Source: Minutocellus sp. GHC0000111 (taxonomy: Eukaryota). Taken from it: a stretch of DNA of 64,000 bases. The notes beneath the pieces were generated by a model. The model worked only from the letters and a program-made list of their open reading frames with translations. It did not search any database and was not told where the DNA came from. Below are positions 10,830 through 21,500 of the stretch, in pieces. The position numbers and the translations under genes are program-made. Each line of letters opens with the position of its first letter. The first letter of the stretch is position 1. The stretch spans positions 3,844,001 to 3,908,000 of the forward strand of contig OZ361256.1 in the NCBI GenBank assembly GCA_977018835.1, given 5' to 3'.

Positions 10830-12185
10830 ATGACGGACAACGCAGCACCGACCACCGACGGCGCAGCAACCACAGCGACCAGTGGTGCAGCATCTGCCGC
10901 TACCACTCCCGCGGTGGAGGACAAACCAGCAGAGCCAGAGAAGGAAGAATGGGAAATCCAACGAGACTCACACAAACACTCGGCTGACGACGCCTTTCGC
11001 TCACGCGATTATGCCACAGCCATTGCACACTACACCAACGCTCTGTCTCTCGATCCTACCCACCACATCCTGCTGTCGAATCGATCGGCGGCATATCTTG
11101 CCAACGGGGAGAGGAGCAAGGCCCTCTCTGATGCTAGGGAATGCATCAAGGCCAACGATGCATTTACCAAGGGGTACAGCCGGCTTGCTGCCGCCATGAT
11201 GAGTTTGGGGCGGTGGGGCGAGGCCAAGAATGCATATGGCACTGTCTTGAAGCGTGAGCCCGAGAATGCTGTCGCGAAAAAGGGTATGGAGGACTGCCGC
11301 ACCAGAGAAGTTGCGGCCAACAGAGCCGAGATGGATCGCATGAAGAAGCAAAAGGAGGAGAAGGAGGCGGCCGAAGCGGCTTCCGTGGCCAAGGCAAAGC
11401 AGGAGGAAGAGGAAGCCAAAAAGAAGGCGGAGGAGGCAGCTAGTGCTGTAGGTGATGGTGGCGACGGAGATTTGCTAGATGACTTCTTTGCTGATGTCGA
11501 GGAGGCTGCTCCAGCCAAAAAGAAGCAACAGGATCAGGACAACGATGGTAAAAGCAGCGATGGCGCCATGGACGATGCAGAAAAGGAAGAAGAGGCACCA
11601 AAGAAGATCCAAATTCATCTCAGTGATCTCGGATCATCGACCGATCAGATTGAACGACTCTTGGCGCCGAATCATGAATGGAAAAACCTCAATCCCTATG
11701 CTGTTTTGGCATGCCCACATGATGTGCCGGCTGAGTTACTGTCGCGACGGTACAAGGCGCTCAGCCTACTGCTCCATCCTGACAAATGTCCCGATGCCAG
11801 GGCCAAGGATGCCTTTGAATACGTTCGGAGGGCCATGAATACGCTGACCGACGAGGCCAAGGCCAAGCACACACGCGATCTTATTGATCAGGGGATGAAG
11901 CAGGGCAAGCGCGAGTATGCCGGGTCGGACCCGACCGAATTGGCCAAGGTACAGGAACGGGCGGTTATGAAAATATTTGCCGAAATTGAGCGCAGCCGCA
12001 GAGAAGTGGAGCGGAGGAAGCGAGCGCAGGAGCAGCGCGAGCGAGATCAGGAGGATGAAGAGATGCACAAGCTCAAGGCCGAGGCCAAGTTCAACAAGAG
12101 CTGGAAGGAGGAAGATCGCGTCGAAAAGCGGATTGGGAACTGGAGGGACTTCCAGGGCGGTGGGAATAAGAAGAGGAAGATGTAA
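10830..12185 (+). CDS. TPR + J-domain co-chaperone (N-terminal 3xTPR fused to a DNAJC8/Spf31-like J domain)
   Basis: TPR motifs (AIAHYTNAL...LLSNRSAAYL...KGYSRLAAA), J domain NPYAVL...YKALSLLLHPDKC, and a DNAJC8-like C-terminus (WKEEDRVEKRIGNWRDF). Confidence 0.85.
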   Translation: MTDNAAPTTDGAATTATSGAASAATTPAVEDKPAEPEKEEWEIQRDSHKHSADDAFRSRDYATAIAHYTNALSLDPTHHILLSNRSAAYLANGERSKALSDARECIKANDAFTKGYSRLAAAMMSLGRWGEAKNAYGTVLKREPENAVAKKGMEDCRTREVAANRAEMDRMKKQKEEKEAAEAASVAKAKQEEEEAKKKAEEAASAVGDGGDGDLLDDFFADVEEAAPAKKKQQDQDNDGKSSDGAMDDAEKEEEAPKKIQIHLSDLGSSTDQIERLLAPNHEWKNLNPYAVLACPHDVPAELLSRRYKALSLLLHPDKCPDARAKDAFEYVRRAMNTLTDEAKAKHTRDLIDQGMKQGKREYAGSDPTELAKVQERAVMKIFAEIERSRREVERRKRAQEQRERDQEDEEMHKLKAEAKFNKSWKEEDRVEKRIGNWRDFQGGGNKKRKM

Positions 12186-12420
12186 TAATTGAACTCATCT
12201 AATATTTGACTTCACTGTCTTAGTAACAAGTATGCCTACACGTATGTTATATTCTATGACCCAGTTGAATCAATAGATATCAAGAATAGTTGTCAATCTA
12301 CATCCCATGTACGTACCGAGAATACAAACAATTCTCTGTATGTCCATTTTTTAGTCTCCTCGAGAGACGCATTTATCGTTATCGCAATCGCGTTTCTCAG
12401 TGCAGTACTTTGGGTCTGAC

Positions 12421-13685
12421 TCACTTATTGCAGCAATCTACTACCTTTTTGGAAAGCCAGGCTTTTGTTCCATCAGCTAGGACAATATCGTCAGTGGTGG
12501 ATGGTACGAAGTCAATCTTACCAAGATTGTCGGAGGAACGACAGCCAGGGCAGGAACCAGAGCGACACTCGGTAACGTGAAGGGCGGAATGTCGACGGCC
12601 AAGATCCGTGGGGTTGGCACCGACGAAGGAACCTTCCACCGTATCTTCTTCTTGAGCTTCGAGGTCGGCATTGCTGGCCCGTCGCTTGGTGGTGACAGCT
12701 GCGGCGGCAACCCTACCGCCGGCGAGGTAGGCGGCGGCAGCCTCGGGATCAAGCTCAATGTTTCGATTGTTGCTCCTGTTGAAGTTCGTGGAGGTGACGC
12801 TGTTGTCGGCGGTGGTGGAGGCAGCAGCGGTAGTAGCCATCATGGCACCTACCATGGCAGACGAGGAGAGGCGATGGCCACCGAGGCTCTCGATATCGGC
12901 CAGGATGGCGTCTGAATCGTCAGCGTCGATGGGATGTGCACCATCGTCCGACTCGAAGGAATCATTGATGGTGGTGGAATTGAGGGCATCGTTGTTGTCA
13001 TCGGAAGCTACTGCTGCAGTACCTGCTGCACCCTTTCTGATGAGGGTGGCCTGATCACTCCCGTTATTTTTCGGTGGCGTTTTCTGGCCACAAGGAAGAT
13101 GGTGGCCGCCACCAGGGCGACGAGGGCACCCACAACGACGCCAGCCGTCGCACCGCCACTCAGCGCCGTCGAGAAGGAGGACACACTGCCATTGCCCGAT
13201 GCGTCAGTATCGGGCGATCCAGAAGTGGCCTTGTTGACAACTTCAACACCAGGGCGAAACCCACCTGGTCTACCTTCGAGGACTAATTTGCCGGTATCCT
13301 TGTCGTCCTCTCCAGCTGCCGACGTAATTGTAGCCGTAGATGTTGATGTGGATGTGCTGGTCGAAGTACTGGTCGAAGTACTGGTCGAAGTACCAGTAGA
13401 CGGCGAAGAGGAAGACAGTTCCTCTTTATCCATCTCGGCCTCGCTGAGAGGTCTCTGTCCAGAAGTGCTGGCTACACTAGATGATGATGGGCAGGGCACG
13501 AGGAGGTTGCCCTTCTCGTCCTTGAGCTTGTCGTACTCGTCCTCATCGTTGGACCAGTTGTTGGCATCGCACGGGTCGATGGACCACGACGAGGGACTTC
13601 CGGCCCTGCTCTCGATGTTGGTATCCTTGACCGCCTCGTTCGGCGAAGCCATGATGTTGTTGCTCTTCAACTTTCTTGGGCGCAC
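12421..13685 (-). CDS. Single-pass membrane protein with Ser/Thr-rich ectodomain and C-terminal HxxxCxSxxCxxC motif; frameshift near 13050; start uncertain
   Basis: Poly-(ST) tract, then the TM segment AGVVVGALVALVAATIFLVA followed by RKRHRK. A second frame continues to LHVTECRSGSCPGC. Confidence 0.5.
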
Positions 13686-14138
13686 AACTCCTTCCCCAAT
13701 GCTGCTGATGCTGCTGGTAAGTGCTGCATTTTATGAAGCGGCTGACGGTCCTCGACGCAAAAACAGCCTACCGCCTACCAAACCGAACCGAGCCGAACCG
13801 ATCCAACAAGTAAGAATCTTCTCGTCCACCGGAAACTGTCAGTATCGTGCTTTACTGCTGAAGGTGTCAGTTACTCGAAACAATCCTTTTACGAGAGATA
13901 TGTCGCATGTCGTCGCATCAAACGCAAAAGCAAAGCACAGTTGCAGGGCGTTTGAATTTTGAAATCGCAAATTTTTCATGGATCAATGAGCTAAAGTTTT
14001 TCGACATACGCGCCGGCCAGTCAACCCAGTTCAGCGAGGCTTGCTCGAGTTTTTCAAGCTCTCGGAGCTGCGGAACCTGCGGCAAAGACGGCGGCATCTA
14101 CGCTCTATCGTTCCACCAAGCTGAGGCTAACGGCATTC

Positions 14139-16582
14139 ATGACGGAGGGTGCTGGTCTGGCGGCCGTCGTTGCCGCTGCCGCCAAGACGCGCGGCATTGG
14201 CTGCAAGGGCGATTTGGTACGTGCATTTTTGAGTCCCTCTCATTTTGATGGCGGGTCGACAAAAATTTCCCGCCAAAACAACACCTGTCGATGGTGAAGT
14301 GAAGTCGAGATATTTCAGCATTTGATGGAAACCAATACGCAACGCGGCCATTGACCTTTCGGTGATATTATTATTTTTCGATATTGGACGGGAGATTTCG
14401 GCGCATTTCGCACATTTTCAGGGATATGAGTTATCGGCATTCCAACATTTTGATGACTCGACCAAAATAATGGCCCTTCACCCCGGGTGAGGCAAAGTGA
14501 AAATAAGTCGCACTTTCACTCTTCTGGAACCACCGCCCTCTGGCATACTGATGGATTACATTTGATATCGATATTGGACGGGATATCTCGTCGCATTTCG
14601 ATGTCGACAAGTGATTCTGATGCAGCACCCCTAACCGTGCCCTGAGCTCGACAAAATTGCGCGCCAACTCACACCACTTCTGTGGGTGTTTGAAGTGAAA
14701 ATATCTCACGAATTTTGCACCATCATGACCCCGATGGGGCACAAACCTTAAGATGAACCTATCAATCGATATTGGGCGGGATATCTCTGAAAATTTTGGT
14801 CGAATTGTGGTTAAATCGGCTCTGATTACTTGCAAATAATTAGTTTATTGGCGGTCCGACATCTCAACACGATTGCTTCATCTCACACCAATAACTGATC
14901 TCATCATTTGCCTTTCCCCATTCCTTCCAACTCACCACCACAACGCCCAACCACACAATTACATTTAGCCTTGGCGCCTTCCTGGTGATATGAAGCACTT
15001 CAAGAAGGTCACTTCCGATCCTCCGGCCCCTGGTCTGACCAACGCCGTCATTATGGGCCGCAAGACGTGGGAGTCCATCCCCACCAAGTTCCGTCCCCTC
15101 GACGGCAGAACCAACATTGTTCTGACTCGTCAGCCCCGTGATGCTGTCATTTCGCCCGACGAGACGACCGCCAATGACGTCATTACCGCCTCTACCCTCG
15201 AGGAGGCCACTGCCAAGCTCAAGTCGATGGACAAGGTCGGTGACATCTTCGTCATCGGTGGAGGACAGGTGTACGAGGAATCGGTCAAGTCCGGTATGGT
15301 CGATCGCGTTGTTTACACCGAAGTTGACAACATCCCCGACGATGTCCAATTTGATACCTTCTTCCCTGAGCTTTCCGCCGAAGATGGTTGGGAGAGCTGT
15401 GCCTACTCGACTCCTGTCGTTGCCCCAGTTGAAGGCGATTCTGAAGAAAAGAAGGAGGACGAGGCTATGGCCGTATCTGCTGCCGACGCTGAGGTCCACA
15501 CCGACAAGAAGAGCGGTATGACGTACAAGTTTTTGGATTATCGTCGCAAGGCAAATCCTGTCACAGAGACTGGTAGCGACGATGGTGTCGTTCCCGTTGA
15601 CGCATCTTCTACCAAGGAAGGCGAGGAACCGGCCACCAAGAAGCAGAAGACTACCGAGGGCGAGGCGGAGAAGAAGGCAGAGGAATCCATTCCTGAGGGC
15701 CCCGAAGTCAACCCTGAAGAGATGCAGTACCTGGAGATGTGCCGTGATATTATTGAGAATGGTGTCCGTCGTGGTGACCGCACTGGTACCGGAACGCTCT
15801 CCAAGTTTGGCACACAGATGCGTTTCAGCCTTCGCGACAATACTCTTCCCCTCCTTACCACTAAGCGTACCTTCTGGCGAGGCGTTGCCGAGGAGCTTCT
15901 TTGGTTCGTTTCTGGCAACACCAATGCTAATGATCTTGCCGCCAAGGACATTCACATCTGGGATGGCAATGGCAGCCGTGAGTTCCTCGACAACCGTGGT
16001 CTTGGTCATCGTGAGGTCGGCGATCTCGGCCCGGTGTATGGCTTCCAGTGGCGTCATTTTGGTGCCAAGTACGAAACCATGCACACCGATTACACCGGAA
16101 AGGGTGTCGACCAGCTCGCTGAGTGCATCGATAAGATCAAGAATAATCCCGAGGATCGTCGCATCATCATGTCGGCTTGGAACCCAGCCGATCTCAACGA
16201 AATGGCTTTGCCTCCCTGCCACATGTTCTGCCAGTTTTACGTTGACACCAACAAGGGCGAGCTGTCCTGTCAGATGTACCAGCGCAGTGCCGACATGGGC
16301 GTCGGCGTCCCATTCAACATCGCTTCGTATGCCTTGTTGACTCACATGATGGCTCAGGTTTGTGGCCTCAAGGCTGGCGACTTTGTCCACACCATTGGTG
16401 ATGCCCACGTGTATGCCAATCACATCGATGCACTCAAGCAGCAGCTCGAGCGTATGCCCCGCGCCTTCCCCAAGATCAAAATAAACCCTGCCAAGAAGAA
16501 TATTGATGACTTCACCTACGACGACTTTGAGGTGATTGGCTACAAGCCCCATAAGACCATCAAGATGAAGATGGCTGTCTAA
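14139..16582 (+). CDS. DHFR-TS: Bifunctional dihydrofolate reductase-thymidylate synthase; exon 1 14139-14216, exon 2 14969-16582
   Basis: Exon 1 [26 protein letters not shown] splices (GTACGT...TTTAG) to [16 protein letters not shown] motifs [10 protein letters not shown] and RPLDGR; TS motifs DRTGTG, PPCH, YQRSAD and PFNIASY. Confidence 0.97.
14253..14820. repeat. Three degenerate ~190-200-bp tandem units within DHFR-TS intron 1
   Basis: CGATATTGG(A/G)CGGGA(G/T)AT recurs at ~14379, ~14569 and ~14768. TCGAC(A/C)AAA and AAGTGAA recur in the same order at similar spacing. Confidence 0.7.
14266..14278 (+). promoter_or_regulatory. E2F-like site TTTCCCGCCAAAA in DHFR-TS intron 1
   Basis: Exact match to the TTTSSCGC consensus, with a related ATTGCGCGCCAA at ~14656. 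DHFR and TS are classical E2F targets in animals and plants. Confidence 0.5.
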
Positions 16583-16774
16583 GGAGTGGCGTGCTGACTG
16601 CGGATTGGTAGATTTCGGTGCTCATTGACATTGGGATCAGGCTTCGTTTTCTTTCTATTCGCGGCAGTGTGGACCACAAATTTAAAATTGCATCAAATCA
16701 ACAAATCATACAACGATATCTACTGTAGACTCTCACTGTAAAGATGATTTATCACACTGTAAATATGATTTATC

Positions 16775-18553
16775 TTATTCCATTGCGTCAATGAGCATTT
16801 GACAGGCTGCATCGACATCATCAGCTTTTGTCACTGCTCCAATCACCGCAATGCAATCAGCACCTGCATTCTTAACCTTGGAAGCAGTTTCCTGATCATT
16901 GATGCCACCGATAGCAACAAGAGGCATATCAGGGTCCAAAAGCTCCTGCCATTTGAATACAGTCGCCAATCCCTGCGGGTCAAAAGCGACATTCTTGCTC
17001 TTCGTCCAAAATACGGGACCGAGGCTGATATAGCTTGGTCGGACACCCATGGCCGCGGATAATTCGGCGTACGAGTGAGTGGAAATTCCGAGAGCCATCT
17101 TGCGCTCATGCAGCTTGGCCAAGCCACCGTTGTCGACACAACGAGTCAAATCTTCTTGTCCGAGATGGACACCGAAGCACCCCGCTTGCACAGCAGCCTC
17201 CCAAAAGTCATTGATCCACAACCGAACGCCAGCGGCCTCGCATGCCTCCTGCGATCTCTTGACCGTTGCAAGGATCTTTTCTGGGTCCTTCTCATTCTTT
17301 ATTCTCAATTGAATATCTGCCATCCCCTTCACCTTGGCCAAGCGCTCAACCCATTCGGCGGTGTCAACAATGGGAAGGATCTTACCAAGTGCAGGCTTTG
17401 CATCGCCATCGTCACCAGTAGTACTCTTGGCCGAGGCCTTTGCCATGGGCAAGAATGCGGGTGTTTCCGACGTCCTAGCCTTGGGGTCCAAAACGATGGA
17501 CGGGTAGGTATAATGCGTCGATGGGAATTCAGTATGAACCACAAGACCAGGTCCCTTTCCCAACTGCACACCTCGAGCGATACCAGCGGTGACGTATGCC
17601 TTGGCCAGACAGCAAGCATCGATGGCATATATAGCCCGAGCGGCACCAGTTCCGGACGTCGCCGATACCATGTCCCTTTGTTGATGGCCCATGGCCAAGG
17701 CCGAGGCGATTGCTGACGACAGTGTACATCCAGTTCCATGCGTGTTGTCAGAGTCGAATCTGTCGGTGCGCAGCCAAACTCCTCGCCAGCCATCGCATAG
17801 GCGCTCCTCCCCGTCCTTATCAAGAGGTGGTTCCGACGAAAGGAAGTAATCCTGAGCATAACCCACGGTGGCATTGAGGTCCGGACGCAGCGGCGTTGCC
17901 GATTTGGATTCCGCCAACGAGTGTCCACCCTTGATCAGCACCGCTTTCAGACCCATCTCAAGCAGTTCCTTGGCACCAGCTTCGACATCTTCCGGACTGT
18001 TCAATTCCCTCCCTAGTAGAGCCTCGGCCTCGAACTTATTGGGTGTCAATACGTCCGCCTGCGAGAATACGTGCTCAATCATGGCAGCCTTGGCTTCGTC
18101 GTCAATCAATTTGTGTCCCGAGGTGGTGATCATGACGGGATCCAGTACGACAAAGGGTGGCTCCTGTCCGGCAGGAACTCTGGACTTGATATCCCGGAGA
18201 AATCTGCCAACCTCAAACGCCAATTCCTTGGAACCCAGCATGCCAATCTTGATGGCACGGGGTGGCATGTCATCGGCCAACGCGTCGAGCTGCTGCAGGA
18301 GGAAGTCCACCGGTGGGGCATGGACGCCGATGACGCCGCAAGAATTTTGGGCCGTGAGGCATGTAATGGCCGAACAGCCGTGACAGCCCATGGCATGAAT
18401 GGCGTGCAGATCGGCCTGGATGCCGGCACCGCCACCGGAATCGGACCCGGCAATGGTGTAGACGATGGGTGGGGTTGGTGGACCGGTGGTTGTTGCCGCC
18501 GCCGAAGTAGCAGCGGCGGCTGACAGCGAGGTGGATTGATCAGTGGACGACAT
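16775..18553 (-). CDS. thiDE: Bifunctional HMP/HMP-P kinase - thiamine-phosphate synthase (ThiD-ThiE fusion)
   Basis: TIAGSDSGGGAGIQADL, TAQN, KIGML, DPVM, TPN, KGGH and HGTGCTLSSA (ThiD); QLRIK, INDFW, GVHLGQEDL, GISTH and VAIGGI (ThiE). Probable start MSSTDQ at 18553. Confidence 0.93.
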   Translation of the reverse strand: MSSTDQSTSLSAAAATSAAATTTGPPTPPIVYTIAGSDSGGGAGIQADLHAIHAMGCHGCSAITCLTAQNSCGVIGVHAPPVDFLLQQLDALADDMPPRAIKIGMLGSKELAFEVGRFLRDIKSRVPAGQEPPFVVLDPVMITTSGHKLIDDEAKAAMIEHVFSQADVLTPNKFEAEALLGRELNSPEDVEAGAKELLEMGLKAVLIKGGHSLAESKSATPLRPDLNATVGYAQDYFLSSEPPLDKDGEERLCDGWRGVWLRTDRFDSDNTHGTGCTLSSAIASALAMGHQQRDMVSATSGTGAARAIYAIDACCLAKAYVTAGIARGVQLGKGPGLVVHTEFPSTHYTYPSIVLDPKARTSETPAFLPMAKASAKSTTGDDGDAKPALGKILPIVDTAEWVERLAKVKGMADIQLRIKNEKDPEKILATVKRSQEACEAAGVRLWINDFWEAAVQAGCFGVHLGQEDLTRCVDNGGLAKLHERKMALGISTHSYAELSAAMGVRPSYISLGPVFWTKSKNVAFDPQGLATVFKWQELLDPDMPLVAIGGINDQETASKVKNAGADCIAVIGAVTKADDVDAACQMLIDAME

Positions 18554-18575
18554 GAGCAGTGCAATTTGAAGGAGG

Positions 18576-21500
18576 ATGGACCAAAAGGGTTTGAACCCGC
18601 TCATAGTAGATACGCCTGGTAGCACTTCGAGTAAACGGAAGCCATCTTCCTCGTCGTCAACATTTGCCTCGTCCCGCACATCGCTGGTGAAGCGAGATGT
18701 TGCCCTTGTCGTTACTAACAAGCCTATTCCCATGACAAGTTTGGTCCAGCAAGCTGAGAAGCGCAAGAATGAGTTGCAAGCGGCTAGGTCCAAGAGACCT
18801 GGTGCAATCGATGGTGCGACCAGAACTTCGGCAAGGGCAGCAGCTGCTGCGATGGCGGACTCTGCCAATGCAAAACCTTCCGCCATGACGGCTAGAATGC
18901 CGTCTTATTCACAATCAAATGAACAAGGCAGTATGTTTCCCAAGTTCGTAAAGCCCTCTCGTCATGAGCGAAGGGATTCGGGTGAATTGACTGCCACTGA
19001 TGATGACAAGTTTGCCGACTTTTCTTCTTTGGCATCATCAAAGGGTCGCGTTGCAGGCGGTAATGGCAGCACCAACAACATCAAGACGGCAAACGAGAAT
19101 TATGATGGGCTCGCCAAGAGAGATTTCGGCGGCCGCGGGAGCAAAGGTGGGACCAGTGCCGCTGGCGCTGAAACACAGCTGCCATCATTTGCGTATTATT
19201 TTGAAGTGACGATTGTTTCTGGCGAAGCTTGGGTGGGGATGGTTCCTGCAGAATCTGTGGTCACACATGAACAGGCTCAGCTCATGATGGGACATGCTGC
19301 ATCGGTCGATGGATCCGAGTACGATGGTGGCCTTTTGGGTGCAGCGACCAAGCCCAATCCATTTCCGATTTTCATGCACCAAATTCCAGGGAAGTCGCCA
19401 CAAAGTATTGGGCTGGGAAACAATGGAGAGCTCCATATTGGAGGATCAAAAGTTGGACGGGATGGTCAATTCATCCCCAGCTTTCCCTCGCATTATGGCT
19501 CAAGAATGAAGGTGGAACAACCTCTGCCGTGGACAGATCCATTCAACAACGTGGAGCAGTCGCAGTCTCAGGAACATCATGACTCGGTCGCTGGGATAGA
19601 AGAGGGCGAGACAATAGGATGCGGATGGGAAATTGGTGGTATAAAGCGGGTTTTCTTCACCCGAAATGGAAAGTTATTGCATCCGGAGAAACCAATTGAT
19701 GGATTCGATGCTAGAGGCGGTACCATGTTTCCAGGTGTTGGAATGCAGACCGAGGGAACGGCAGTGGTGGCTAATTTTGGTATTGAACCATCAACGAATC
19801 CATTTCGATATCAAGGTGACTCGGATTTCATCCCTATCACTATACCACCGAGTGCATCACAAACGCATAAAGAGACCAAATCTCACTCAAGCGAGGGTGC
19901 ATCGCAAGGTACTGCAAAATTATCAGGCGCCGTACATCATGAGCCAACGCCTATTCCTTACAGTGCAAAGCCAACCTTTGGAAATTCACAGGTTGCCAGG
20001 GTCACAAGCGGTTTTGGGGATGATCGACCAAGGTCTGCCCGTGTTGGTGCTCATCAGGTTCGACCTGGAGATGAGGACAGCCAATTAGAAGCGGTGCTCA
20101 AGAAGAGTATGCAGGAGACGAGCGCAAGGAAGCCCGAGAAGAATGTGCAAGCAAAACCTCCTCTATCGAGGGAAGATATTGATGAGGCGCGAGCAACAGC
20201 GAGAGACCTTCGGAACCTAGCGGAGAATCCTCATGAGGCTGATCCAGAACTCTTTCACGATCTTCTCAAATTGTGCCGATCCAAGCAGGAACAGGTAGTC
20301 TCCAACTTGCAATCTGAGACCGTTTCGGTAGACTTTGAATCGCTGATTGATCTCAATGGCATTCTCTTGTATTCAATTGAAGCGGCAGAGGCGGTCGAAG
20401 AAACAATCAAGGCTTCCTTCAAGCCACCACCAAAGCTTATGCCGCATATTGCTCCTCACTCAGCCTTTGAAACAAGCATTGGCGACGATGCGTCTCGTCA
20501 CAATGACCAAGACGGTGATACTCAGACAGATGCTAAGCAACACCCTCTGGGTCCTGCTCCTGGTAAGGCGGAGAAATGCCAAGGTCGTCACCGGAAGTTG
20601 AAGAGCTTGTTGAGGCAAAAGATTTTTTTTGTTTATTGTGCCTTCTCAGAGGACACCACAATCAGCGGCTTGCGAGTGCCTATGCACTGCTCAAATTTGC
20701 AAAGAATGAAGCTATCGAGGACGATGACAAGTCAACGGATATTCGCAAGGAGATCCAAACATCTGGAGGAATGCATTCATTACTGACTCTCTTCCGCTCG
20801 AGTTCTGACGGACAAGAAATCAAGATGGTAGCCGCTCTCGCTGTAGCATACCTTCTTCCATGCTACACTGATCCTGATGGTCTCTTAAATCGAAATCTTG
20901 GTTTGAGAGTCATCACATGCCTCCGCTATATCGTAAGTTCAAGTGATGAAGTGTACATTGAAGGGCTGGACCCACCGACCATGAGACAGAGCGCGGCACT
21001 GGCCCTAACCCATATTTGGCTCAGCCTAGAACCTTTACTGGGCGACAAAGGAAGTTCAGAGGACCAAGATCATGAGGAGTCAAAGTCTGTGGGCGCTCTA
21101 TCAATCGTATCTGAGAGAATGCCGCGTGCAGAGCGCCATAGATTCAGAGGACCGTTGGCAAAGTCATTTGCCTTGAAGAACGTCGGTGATAGACTTCACA
21201 GCCTTGACCCTCGTCGAGACCTCACCGAGATGCAAAAGTTGCTGGAGCAATCTGTAAGCCTCATTGTGACTCTTGCTGAAAAGATCATACCGTCTAGTAG
21301 CGGTAATGATGATTCGCTTGGCGCGTCGGCATCTACCTTTGGTATCATTCTAGCCGTGGAATCAGTTTGTTCAGTGGAACCAGCACGCTCCATCGCCGTG
21401 AGGGAGGGATTACTCGGCGTTCTTGTTCAGTGGCTAAACTCCGGTCATAATGACTTGGTATTCCCTGCTGCAAAGTCCATACGCTTCCTCGCAACCCTTG

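Noticed and set aside
14253..14820. CRISPR-like array interpretation of the intronic repeats
   Set aside because: The repeats are degenerate, the spacers are ~170 bp and partly homologous, the context is a eukaryotic intron, and no cas genes are present.
14864..16552. 562-aa antisense ORF
   Set aside because: It is a shadow ORF opposite DHFR-TS, explained by codon bias, with no recognisable motifs.
16583..16774. Possible TPP riboswitch in the ThiDE 3' region
   Set aside because: A CCTGAT is present on the minus strand, but no upstream CTGAGA or P2/P4/P5 arrangement was found.
18554..18886. N-terminal extension of ThiDE in the ORF track (703 aa)
   Set aside because: It overlaps the opposite-strand ORF and lacks ThiD similarity. 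ATG 18553 is the more plausible start.
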